Shown here piece by piece: positions 1 through 11,336 of a DNA stretch of 64,000 nucleotides (its first letter is position 1; every line of letters begins with the position of its first letter). Under the pieces are notes generated by a model, which did not search any database, was not told where the DNA came from, and was given only the letters and a program-made list of their open reading frames with translations. Origin of the DNA: Eledone cirrhosa (Eukaryota); NCBI GenBank assembly GCA_964016885.1, contig OZ024743.1, forward strand, positions 313,844,001 through 313,908,000, in the 5' to 3' direction. Both the position numbers and the translations under genes were made by a program.

Positions 1-198
1 CATTTATTTGCTTACAATTGTTTCCTCCAAACCGAGGTTTGGGTTCTTCGGAGCAACTATTTAGTGATCTATAACATACTTGACCTCCTTTTCAACACAA
101 GAGACATATAAAAACATATGCACACATTGATCCACAGTGGGATTACATACATCAAAATGATATAGCATGGCAATTTACATATAAAGGTTAAAGGATAA

Positions 199-1050
199 TA
201 AAAAAAAAAAAAAAAAAAACTAAAAAAAACTAAAAAAAAAAACTAAAAAAAAAAAAAAATAAAAATAAAAATAAAAATAAATATAAAAATAAAAATAAAA
301 ATAAAAATAAAAATAAAAATAAAAATAAAAATAAAAATAAAAATAAAAATAAAAATAAAAATAAAAATAAAAATAAAAATAAAAATAAAAATAAAAATAA
401 AAATAAAAATAAAAATAAAAATAAAAATAAAAATAAAAATAAAAATAAAAATAAAATTAAAAATAAAAATAAAAATAAAAATAAAAATAAAAATAAAAAT
501 AAAAATAAAAATAAAAATAAAAATAAAAATAAAAATAAAAATAAAAATAAAAATAAAAATAAAAATAAAATAAAAAATAAAAATAAAAATAAAAATAAAA
601 ATAAAAATAAAAATAAAAATAAAAATAAAAATAAAAATAAAAATAAAAATAAAAATAAAAATAAAAATAAAAATAAAAATAAAAATAAAAATAAAAATAA
701 AAATAAAAATAAAAATAAAAATAAAAATAAAAATAAAAATAAAAATAAAAATAAAAATAAAAATAAATATAAAAATAAAAATAAAAATAAAAATAAAAAT
801 AAAAATAAAAATAAAATTAAAAATAAAAAAAATAAAAATAAAAATAAAAATAAAAATAAAAATAAAAATAAAAATAAAAATAAAAATAAAAATAAAAATA
901 AAAATAAAAATAAAAATAAAAATAAAAATAAAAATAAAAATAAAAATAAAAATAAAAATAAAAATAAAAATAAAAAATAAAAATAAAAATAAAAATAAAA
1001 ATAAAAATAAAAATAAAAATAAAAATAAAAATAAAAATAAAAATAAAAAT
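199..1050. repeat. (AAAAAT)n hexamer tandem array, roughly 130 units, growing out of a poly-A tract
   Basis: Read directly from sequence; it explains the FL/FY/FI low-complexity ORFs at 230-1134. Confidence 0.97.
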
Positions 1051-1384
1051 GAAGCATTGGCAGTTTATGAAGATAAAGCAAGAGGAAAGTTTAGAGTAGT
1101 CAGTGTATGAAACAATCACACGTGTAGCATGCACGCGTGTCTTATTTATACATGATTAGAGTGCGTCAGAATGTTACTTGCAGGGTCAGGCAGTTGAAGC
1201 AGGCAATCGATATTATTATGTGGGCTGAATTATTAAATCATTTTTTCGCATACACCTGTATGATACACAGTCCCGAATGTAGAGAAATACCAAAATATCA
1301 AAAATATCAAACATATTATAAAACATATTATATCGTAGGCAAAACAGTACCACTGTCTTCGCGCACACCACCACTCACATAATC

Positions 1385-4340
1385 CATGAGACGCAATACA
1401 TAGACCACGGGTCTATCATATAATTCACGATGGTTCGGCATATAACCAAGTTATAAACCGTATGTTGTCGATTCTTAATTAATAGATCATGTTTAGTTTT
1501 GTGTGATGATATTATATTCCGGAAGTGTGTGTATGACCAAGGGGAATTAATGCGTAAGGAGAGGTAACTCGCTGGTTTTCTTAGTTAAATTTATTATCCT
1601 AAATTACATTAATGGTGTTTCAAATAAGTGCCTATCATATGCTGTTATAACTAATTTCTAGATTATGTTACTTATCTATAGGTTACAGTGTTGTCTATTA
1701 AGAAGTACTAAAGGTGTATATATCAGGATGATTACCTTCTATTAAGGGGTGTCATATCTGAACATTCTATAAGAAGAGTCAGACCCCCAAATCAAAGTTC
1801 TTTGTAAGTGTAATTCCTCCTGCAGGACCTGGCATGGTCCTATCATTATATATGACTCCCGGTAAGCTCTGGGTCATTGTATGTCTGAATCCTTGGTAAA
1901 TCTGAATATCTCCAGGGTGGTCTGGAGATCAAATTTCTCATATAAAGACACCAGTCTGGCCATCAAGCAATAGATAAACTCCCATCTCATATATAAATTA
2001 AATTAGGTATCTTATCTACAAATTAGAGTGGAGTCTATTAATAAGTACTAAAGGAGTTCATATCATGATTATTACAATCTGGAGATCAAATCTCTCATAT
2101 AAAGACACCAGTCTGGCCACCAAGCAATACATAAACTCCCATCTCATATATAAATTAAATTAGGTATCTTATCTACAAATTAGAGTGGTGTCTATTAATA
2201 AGTACTAAAGGAGTTCATATGATGATTACAATCTAATATGGAGTGCCACACCTGGACAATCTATAAGAAGAGTCAGATTACAAAATTAATTGTATGGGTC
2301 TCACTACTAATAAGGGTCTTATTACTAATAATGGTCTTATTATCATACAAGACTCCCGGCAAGTTTCGGGTCATTGTATGGCTACATCCCCGGTAAGTTC
2401 ACCAGGGTGGTCCGGGGACCCGTTCTCTCATCAAAAGATACTAGTCAGGTCATCAAGCAACACAGAAACTCCTAACTGATGTATCACCTGTGCATAATTC
2501 ATTGTACTGATCGTATAGAATATATAGTCACATAATAATAAGATTACTTACTTAGTCATCAATCTAGCTCATGGTGGCACTCCATGCACAGGACTATGTT
2601 AGCACAACCAATACCGTGTCTACAGTTTATATTAATCATATATTTGTGCAATGCAGTTTAAGTAATCCACGGCCGAGATATCAGAATTAGAAGTACACAG
2701 GGGTATCCCCAGGGTAGATGGTTCTATAATGCTGCCAGTATTACCTTTAGAGTATATAAATGGGTGTGGAGGTGAGGTTTAAGGTGTGCTACTGATGCTA
2801 ATTGCTAAGGGTGGTGACGGTTCCAGTCTGACATTGTCATATATAGGGTTTAAAGTTTTGGAAAGAGTATCGGAAGCGGTGTTGGCAAGATGCGAACACT
2901 TCTGATTTTTTATTAAGGAGATTATGGTTAGAGAAGATGATAGTATGGGTCTCTAGTAGACAGAGGTTACAAAATTTATTAGGTGGTTTGTACGATGTTG
3001 CACTACCTACCACTTCCCATTTAAGTGTATATATTTTATTTTTAGTTTTTAGATAGTGTATGTAGCTAGATAGTGAAGTGGAGTTGGCTAGACTGTGTTT
3101 TTTGAAAGAGTGGAGGTGCGAATTGTATCTAGTTTTGAAGCAGTTAGAAGTAGAGCCTATATAGGTTTCAGAAGAGTTGTTAGTTGTGACTGTACATGAG
3201 TATATGATATCCTTGGTTAATCATTTTTTATCTAAAGGGCAGGTTCTATTTGATCTACAGTTACAATTATTCTGGGTGTTAGTCTGCCGGTTACTATGCT
3301 GTGTAGAAGTTTGGATGTTAGCTATAGGGTTATGATTATGTGGGTTGTCGTTCGCAGCGTTAATGTTTACACTAGTACTAATACTATTATTTCTATTGAT
3401 ATTATGGTTAGTTGCTATAATGTTATTTCGAATGTTATTTTGAAGGTTTATCGTCTGTTGTGATTTAGTTTGTTGGAAGTAAGAATTAATTTTTCTTTTA
3501 TTGCTACTAGCTGTGTGGTGTGCTAAGTTAGGCGTAGTAGAGTATGAGATGTTAATAGTGTTTTTGTTTAAAAGGCTATGGTACCTGTGGCCGGATGGGA
3601 AGTGTTTATCCAGTAGTGAGAAGAAAGCCCTATGTATGTTGGTAGAGACGTTTAGATTGAAAAGAGGGTTGAAAATGTATTATTTCTTCTTCTATTTCTG
3701 TTTTTTATGTCTGGTGATTTGTTTCCTTTAATGTTACTATGGTAATTTCTGTGGTGTGGGTTACTTTTGTTGTTATCATCTCTATTAGTGTGTGTGTGGT
3801 TGCTATTCCTATTATTAAATTTTCTCATGGACATGTTGTGTGAAATAATGTTGAAGCTATGCGTTTTTGTAGGTAGGAACTCGATCCCGGTATTATGTCC
3901 TGATCTAGCTAATGCCTGATTATAATACTGCGAGTTATTGTTAAATGTGTTTATGTCATAGGATAGATTAGAGATTCTATTAGATACTCCCTTAGAGATA
4001 GAGTTTAATATAGATCTAGGGTGGTTAGACTTGGTATCTACGTAGATGAGTTTTTCATTAGGTTTGTGGAAAGGTGTATATATCATTGAGTCTAGGTAGA
4101 GTGTGGCGTCTAGGAAGTTGACGTTTTTGGTGTTTTTGTCCATGGTAATACTAAGGTTATAGTTTTTGAATGTTTTGTGTAATAGTTTTCTAGTTCTTTC
4201 TATATTGAATTTTTTATAATCTATAAGTAGAAGTGCATCGTCGCGATACAAACCACCGTTGAGGTAAGGAAGGTCCCTATGGATTTGGTTAAGTAAATAT
4301 AGGCCGACCAAATCAGTGACCTGCGCCGAGTCACTAGACT
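1385..4340 (-). mobile_element. Penelope-like element family B, 5'-truncated, with a long internally repeated 3' UTR
   Basis: RT and GIY-YIG remnants at 2860-4340. The UTR has a direct repeat at 1921-2078/2079-2235. Left boundary is approximate. Confidence 0.75.
2860..4340 (-). pseudogene. Decayed PLE RT-GIY-YIG ORF
   Basis: GGLYRDDAL, VNFLDATL and SNHPRSIL in ORF 3652-4311. Manual minus-strand translation gives CNCRSNRTCPL, IIYSCTV, TYIGSTSNCFKTRYNSH and LLNKKSEVFASCQHR, with stops and frameshifts. Confidence 0.88.
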
Positions 4341-4385
4341 GGAATTTGGCCGGAGTATCGCTAAAAAGCTTTCTCCGATATTGTA

Positions 4386-4449
<64 letters not shown>

Positions 4450-5170
4450 AATAAATACAATATCGGAGAAAGCTTTTTAGCGATACTCCGGACAAATTCC
4501 AATTCACTCAACAAACATTAGGAAAAAAGTGATTATATTCCTAATTATGCGTTCGGGGTGCTAACTAAAAGTATTACGTGGACAATTGGCTGTATTATTT
4601 CATATGAGACATATCGAATATATCTCTTCCCAGACGGACGTCTCGTTTCATTATAGGATTCCTACAATTTGGTTGATATTATACCAATTTATGTAGGAGC
4701 TTGTATACCATCAATAGATATATATTCAAGTGGGCTCCTATAATTCATCAGTGGGTGCCCCAGTAATACTAATATTGATAATCTAACCAACAACAGTATT
4801 TAGAGATAATCATCATCAGTGCCTGAGGTATCTGTCAGGTTGCTAGTCCAGCAGTTCTAAAGAAATACTCAAACTGATTAAAAAATGAGGAAGTAAATTA
4901 CCGCAAAAAAAAAACAATACATGCGTATGACATTGAACTCTAAAAGGAATTCAGGCCACGTGCTAGAACTCAATTGGAAATTGAAAAAATATCTATGTGT
5001 GTACAACATTTGATGACACACACAGATATTTTCTCGGGCAAAATAACAGAATGAGATATAAGGAACAATCAATATTCATATATAAAAAAAATAAACAAAG
5101 AAAGCCTAACCTTATACCGGGAATTTCAAATCTGTTGCACCAAGAGTAAATAAATAAATTTATATATATG

Positions 5171-5201
<31 letters not shown>

Positions 5202-5298
5202 ATATAACGAAGGAAATGTGGTAAGGAACCAAATGGACCATAACGCACCAAAGTACTCAATACTTAGGGTAGTAGAGTGGGTAATAGGAACGAGTAGG

Positions 5299-5394
5299 AC
5301 CCCGATGGCTGAGCTCAAGCCGTTTCGACGGCTAATTCTGGACTAAATGAACATTTTTATCCTGGTAAATGAATAGCCGAGCTTCTCAGGGGGT
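5299..5394 (-). ncRNA. Type I hammerhead-like motif of family A (other copies 8560-8655 minus, ~10136-10230 plus)
   Basis: ACCCC CUGAGAA [CGGCUA...UAGCCG] GAAA CGGCU ugagcuc AGCC (G/A)UC GGGGU. Stems I, II and III pair, but the core differs between copies. Confidence 0.75.
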
Positions 5395-5837
5395 AATATA
5401 CCATATATGGTAAGAGTGATTGTTACAAGGATTGGTCAAAAGTTTGTTGTTGAGACACATAATTCTATCATGGCATTTTGTGGAAGGAAGCGGCAGCTGA
5501 ACTTGCCAGTAGAAGAAAGAGGGAGAGGGAGTGGAGGAACCCAGTCGTGCGTTGAAAGTAACGACTACAGCAGAATCCTAAGGATAAGAGGTCAGGGGGG
5601 GGGGGGAGGTCGAAACAATAAGTAGATCTATATGGTGTAAATCTATATAGAAAAATAAGAATGTTAAAAATATAAAAAAAAACAATTTCTGGTTACTATT
5701 CCCCTACCACAATCATCAAATCTCTCACTGGTACTGCTAAACTATAGAAAAGTTTAATAGGTGGGGCGGGATACTAAATACGAGATTGTAGTGAAAGAAT
5801 TTTATGAGTTAGTAGTATTCGGCCTAATCTATCTTAC

Positions 5838-5869
<32 letters not shown>

Positions 5870-6242
5870 CTGATATACGAGAAACTAAAGCAGAGATACC
5901 ACTAAGAAATCTAGAAATCGCGGAAATGGGGCTGTAATCAGATAAGAATGCATGTATCTGGGGTCTAGCAGATCTGCTATAAAAAGCGGAGTCGGCCAAT
6001 TCTATCATAGAATGAGGGGTGGGTGGGGGAACTGAGGCTACAAAGAACCGAGGGGCTGCCTCGGCGTGGGCGAGAAAGTGAAAAGGACGACGACAAAGAA
6101 GGAGGACTAGGAAGGGCTGGGGGTTGGGGAAGGAGGAAATATAGAGGAAACGATAAAAAATATATAAGAAAATCTTACGTCTACCTTTGTAAGCAGGGGT
6201 TACCGATTACAAAGTCGGCAAGTGGGGTGTTACAGCCCCTGT

Positions 6243-8374
6243 CTACCCTCGGTCATTATGGGGTTTGAGGGCGGGGTAAGTCCTACGCAATCTGTGTTTG
6301 CATGCAGTTACCAGTTCCTCTTTCTTGTTTAGGAGTTGGTCCTTCGAAAACAGCATTTGTAATGTTTCCCTCAAGCATAAGTTACAAGGACGGCGTCCTC
6401 CCGTGTAAGAGTTAGCTCTGGACAGTAAGCTCCAAGTGAAATTGTAGGTTATATTATTATCTTGGAGGTCCCAGATGTGGCCCGAAAGTGTAGTGGCATG
6501 ACGCCTGGCCGGGTTTCGGAAAGTATGTCTGTGTAGGTAAAGCTGGGTCTTGAAGTCACAAGCGGTTAATCCTATATATGCTTTGTTGGAGGTGTCCGTC
6601 CTCACGTTGCACTGGTAGATCACATTACGATCTCGGTATGTGTTGTTGAGGAGGCAAAGGGATCTATCAGGACAGTTACACCTCCTGGTCGGCTCTCCAC
6701 TGCTCTCTAGGTTATTTTTTCCATAGGGGTTGAGTTTTTTGTTGTTAGAGGAGACGATGTTATGTGCGAAGTTAGGTGTGGTGCTGTAGGAGAGTTTGAT
6801 GGTATTTTTGTTGATTATGTTGTGGTAGCGGTGTTGTAGTGGAAAGTGTTTTTCGGTGAGCCTAAAGAAGATTTTCCCGATAGGTGTTGTCACCTCGGCA
6901 TTGTGGGGAGGATTGAACCATGTTACGTTGCGTGAGCGGCGGTGTCGCCTGCTGGTTCCGCTAATGGAATCTGGACAGTAGGATATTTCCTCACGGAAGC
7001 CACTCCGCCTGAGGGCCTGGTTGTAATAAGGCGCATGTTCCTCGAATATCTGCTCATTAGCGGACAAACGAGATATGCCGAGGGAGATGTTTTAAACCAG
7101 GTTATTGGTGATGCTTCTAGGATGGTTTGACCGGCGGTGGATGTAGTGCAGGTTATGGTTTGGTTTCCTGTATGGGTAGTACAGATCATTATCGAGGTCA
7201 AGGGTAACGTCCAGGAAGATTACTCGGTTTAGGGACGTTTGTAGGGTTATTTTAAATCCCCAGTCGTGGAAGACGCTGATTAATTGTTTATGGACCCGGT
7301 CTGTACTACTGGGGTTGTACCCTTTACGGGTAAGGAGCCCATCATCACGGTACAATCCATCGCCGAATGCAGGAAACATATCGGTGAGTTTAACTAGTAG
7401 GAATAACCCTATAAGATCTGTGACGTCGGCCGAATCCGTCGCGCCCAGACTGACGTCGAAGGGGGAGTCGGAAGCTCTCTTTATCCATTTGGAGTTGTCG
7501 AAAAGTAGGACTGTCTTCCTAGCGTGGAGGATGATATTTCTTTCCTGGTAGGTGATGGGCGCAAGTGTCTCGGCAAAGTCCAAGGCGGCCGTAAGGAGCG
7601 GTAAGGTAATTGAAGCATAGTAACTCTCTGTCAAACTGGATGAATTTTGTGTCTCGTTTGTCCTCTATTTGCTGAACCATGAGATTACTTCCTGGATGTT
7701 GACCCATAGGCTAAATTTGGCGTTTTGCTTAACTCTTGTTATAACGCGGTCTAGGAATTTTTTACTGATTCTCCATATGTCGGACTTCGTTGGGTTTATA
7801 AGCCTGATAGATGGTTTACGGTCGAAATCGGATTTGTGGTCCTTCAGTGTGAAGTAGGGAGTCCGTGGGTCTAGGGGTTCCATGCGGTCATCGACCCCGA
7901 GGCTGGAGGTAATTTGTTGTCCATCTCGATTTATGTCCTCGATGCATGAGTGGTTAGCCTTTTTATAGGTGGAGTTTAGGCTGCTCCTGATCAGTGTGTA
8001 GTATCTGTCGGGGTTGACTAAGTAGACGTTACCTGTTTTATCCCAGTGCACCATGATGGCATTGGTGTTATCATACTCTGTTATGTTGCTACGGAGTTTT
8101 TGTAGGAATCTGTTGTGTCTGGGTTTGAATTTAATGCTCTTGACCAGTTGGAAAAGGTCATTCTCGAAGGGTGAGAGCATAGGGTTCGGAGGGGGAGATT
8201 TGTAGGTATTAAATCCGAATCTCTCCTGAATATCGCAATATCTGTCGTAGAAAAAGTTCTCCATCTAAGTCTTTTCGCAAAAAGGTCAATTTTTTGCGTG
8301 AGCATCCGAAGGTAAAGTTTATTCGGTGGAACTGGGATATTCTTGGTGGAGAAGTGGATGTTGTGTTTGCGCAT
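6243..8374 (-). pseudogene. PLE RT plus GIY-YIG polyprotein split by frameshifts, possibly Hydra clade
   Basis: MRKHNIHFSTKNIPVP, DKTGNVY, TLKDHK, RLINPTKS, GLYRDDGL, FLDVTLDL, SNHP, CNC, VIYQC, YIGLT, CNLCLRE, LLNKKEELVTACKH. The clade call is from remembered motif similarity only. Confidence 0.92.
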
Positions 8375-10240
8375 GGTGCGGGTGAAAGAACTTGAGCTTA
8401 GCGGAAAAGTCTGGATACGGCCTGGTAGGGTCGGAAAGTGCTCTACTACGGGAATAGGAGCTAGATAACGAAGGAAATGTATTAAGGAACCAGATGGAAC
8501 ATAACGCACCAAAGTACTCAATACTTAGGGTAGTAGAGTGGGTAATAGGAACGAGTAGGACCCCGACGACTGAGCTCAAGCTGTTTCGACGGCTAATTCT
8601 GGACTAAATGAACATTTTTATCCTGGTAAATGAATAGCCGAGCTCTGCAGGGGGTATTATTCCATATATGATAAACGTTATTGTCACAAGGATTGGTCAA
8701 AAGTTTGTTGTTGAGACACATAATTCTATCATGGTATTTTGTGGAAGGAAAGAGTAGCTGAACTTGCCAGTAGAAGAAAGAGGGAGAGGGAGTGGAGGAA
8801 CCCAGTCGTGCGTTGAAAGTGGCGACTGCAGCAGAATCCTAAGGATAAGAGGTCAATGGGGGGGGGGGGGGTGATTTGAAACAATAAGTAGATCTATACG
8901 GTGTAAATCTATATAGAAAAATAAGAATGTTAAAAATATAAAAAAATAATTCCTGGTTACTATTCCCCTACCGCAATCATCAAATCTCTCACTGGTACTG
9001 CTAAACTATAGAAAAGTTTAATAGGTGGGGCGGGATACTAAATACGAGACTGTAGTCAAAGAATTTTATGAGTTAGTAGTAATCTATCTTACAATGACAG
9101 GTCAACAAGAAGGGGGCCAAAATACTAATAAAAAACTAATACGAGGATGTAACACCTCACCTGCCGACTTTGTAATAGGTAACCCCTGCTTACAAAGGTA
9201 GACGTAAGATTTTCTTATATATTTTTTATCGTTTCCTCTATATTTCCTCCTTCCCCCCATCCCTTCCTAGTCTTTCCAACCCAGTTCTCCTTCTTTGTCA
9301 TCGTTCTTTTCACCTTCTCGCCGAGGCAACCCTTCGGTCCTGCGTAGCCTCACTACCCCCACACCGACTCCCCCGCATTCTATGATAGAATTGGCCGACT
9401 CCGCTTTTCATAGCAGATGTGCTGGACCTCAGATACCTGCTTTCTTATCTGATCGCTGCCCCATTTCCGTGATTTCTAGATTTCCTAGTGGTATCTCTGC
9501 TTTCGTTTCTCGTATATCAGTATTTTAATTTGGGGGTGGGGTGGGGATGCTGAATTATTTTTTCGTATTAATTTTTTCTTATATATCGTACGAGCATTTA
9601 TGTAGTTTGCATTAGAATTTATGTATTGTAGCGGCACTCTTATATATCGTATCAATATTCATTTTCGGGAACTTAATTAATATTTCGTATTAGTTTTTTT
9701 TTAGTATTTTGGCCCCCTACTTGTTGACCTGTCATTGTAAGATAGATTAGTCCGAGTACTACTAACTCAAAAAGTTCTTTCACTACAATCTCGTATTTAG
9801 TATACCGTCCCACCTATTAAACATTTCTATAGATTAGCAGTACCAGTGAGAGATTTTTATATTTTTAACATTCTTATTTTGCTATATAGATTTACACCAT
9901 ATAGATCTACTTATTGTTTCAAATCCCCCCCCTTGACCTCTTATCCTTAGGATTCTGCTGTAGTCGTCACTTTCAACGCACGACTGGGTTCATCCACTCC
10001 CTCTCCCTCTTTCTTCTACTGGAAAGTTCAGCTACCACTTCCTTCAACAAAATGCCATGATAGAATTATGTGTCTCAACAAAAAACTTTTGACCAATCTT
10101 TGTGACAATCACTTTTACCATATATGGAATATTAGCCCCATGAGAAGCTCGGCTATTCATTTACCAGGATAACATTTTTTATTTAGTCCAGAATTAGCCG
10201 TCAAAACGGCTTGAGCTCAGCCGTCGGCGTCCTACTCGTT

Positions 10241-10306
<66 letters not shown>

Positions 10307-10310
<4 letters not shown>

Positions 10311-10377
10311 TATGTACACGTACATACATATATGTATACAGACGTACACTAGTATGTATATATATATACATACATGC

Positions 10378-10416
<39 letters not shown>

Positions 10417-10961
10417 GTATGGATTCACCGAACATTTATTATAATGCTTGGTGTGTTTGTAAACAAACAACCCGTATTAAGCCGTAGTGTGCAGCAACTG
10501 TCGCTGCTCGTTTGTTCAACACTGACAAAGGAACGCTGTACTAGTTTCAAGGTTATTAGCTATCGTCACCAACGTATACCTTCCTGCCAGATTGTTGAAC
10601 GTATATACTTACCTTAAGCATATTAATGGCTGAGTAGCCCGATTCGCATATCGAGTGGGTTAATCGGCCGGGTGCACCGAAAACGATAAACGGAAAAAAT
10701 GAAACGAAATTTCATTTCCTATTCTTAGTATGGCTGTTACTTAAATATAAGTATGTACACGTACATACATATATGTATACATACGTAGAGTAGTATGTAT
10801 ATATATATACATACATGCACACATATATATATATGTACGTATGGATTCACCGAACATTCATTATAATGCTCGGTGTGTTTGTAAACAAACATCCCGTATT
10901 AAGCCGTAGTGTCCAGCAACCATCGTTGCTCGTTTGTTCAACACTGACAAAGGAACGCAGT

Positions 10962-10962
<1 letters not shown>
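10307..10962 (-). mobile_element. Short non-coding HHR-bearing tandem element (family G), about 1.5 monomers of ~420-440 bp
   Basis: 10307-10540 repeats at 10748-10963. HHR relic at 10535-10573. Same family as 34530-35060. Confidence 0.82.
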
Positions 10963-10993
<31 letters not shown>

Positions 10994-11258
10994 GTAATGT
11001 TTTCAGTGATTTTGGTTGTCTTTTGCTTTTGTAACATTCAGAGACCAACCAGATGTGAGAAAAACCACAGACCCTCCTTCTCAACTCACCTTTTGAAAAG
11101 CAGAAGAACTGCGAAACCGGTAAAGGAACCAAATAAATATATATATTTAAAAAAAAATAAGACTCCAGTTGCATTTTCGATTTCATCTCTTTTTCTTTAT
11201 ATATACATATATATATATATATATGTATATATATGTATTTCGTTTCTGAATTTGTATA

Positions 11259-11270
<12 letters not shown>
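10994..11270. repeat. Inverted duplicate of ~14885-15158 (family D junction plus flank), with an intact HHR at 11089-11126
   Basis: Reverse complement includes the unique junction GAATGTTAC|AAAAGCAAAA and the islet TACAAATTCAGAAACGAAATAC. Confidence 0.88.

Positions 11271-11333
<63 letters not shown>

Positions 11334-11336
<3 letters not shown>

Larger units (their letters stand above)
5207..10243 (-). mobile_element. Penelope-like element family A, full length: 3' end at 5207, upstream pseudo-LTR 8467-~9145, inverted arm ~9148-10243, flanked by (TA)n
   Basis: 5207-5840 recurs directly at 8467-9093. 9148-10243 is the reverse complement of ~5286-6235. The ORF lies between the repeats. Confidence 0.93.

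Noticed and set aside
230-1134. 283-aa and 105-aa hydrophobic ORFs
   Set aside because: They are translations of the (AAAAAT)n array.
4560-5030. Possible Helitron/Pif1 helicase relic (VGAPVILI)
   Set aside because: One short motif in heavily decayed sequence is not enough without a search.
5207-9145. Direct repeats read as true LTRs of an LTR retrotransposon
   Set aside because: There are no TG..CA ends, gag or integrase. The RT plus GIY-YIG ORF marks them as PLE pseudo-LTRs.
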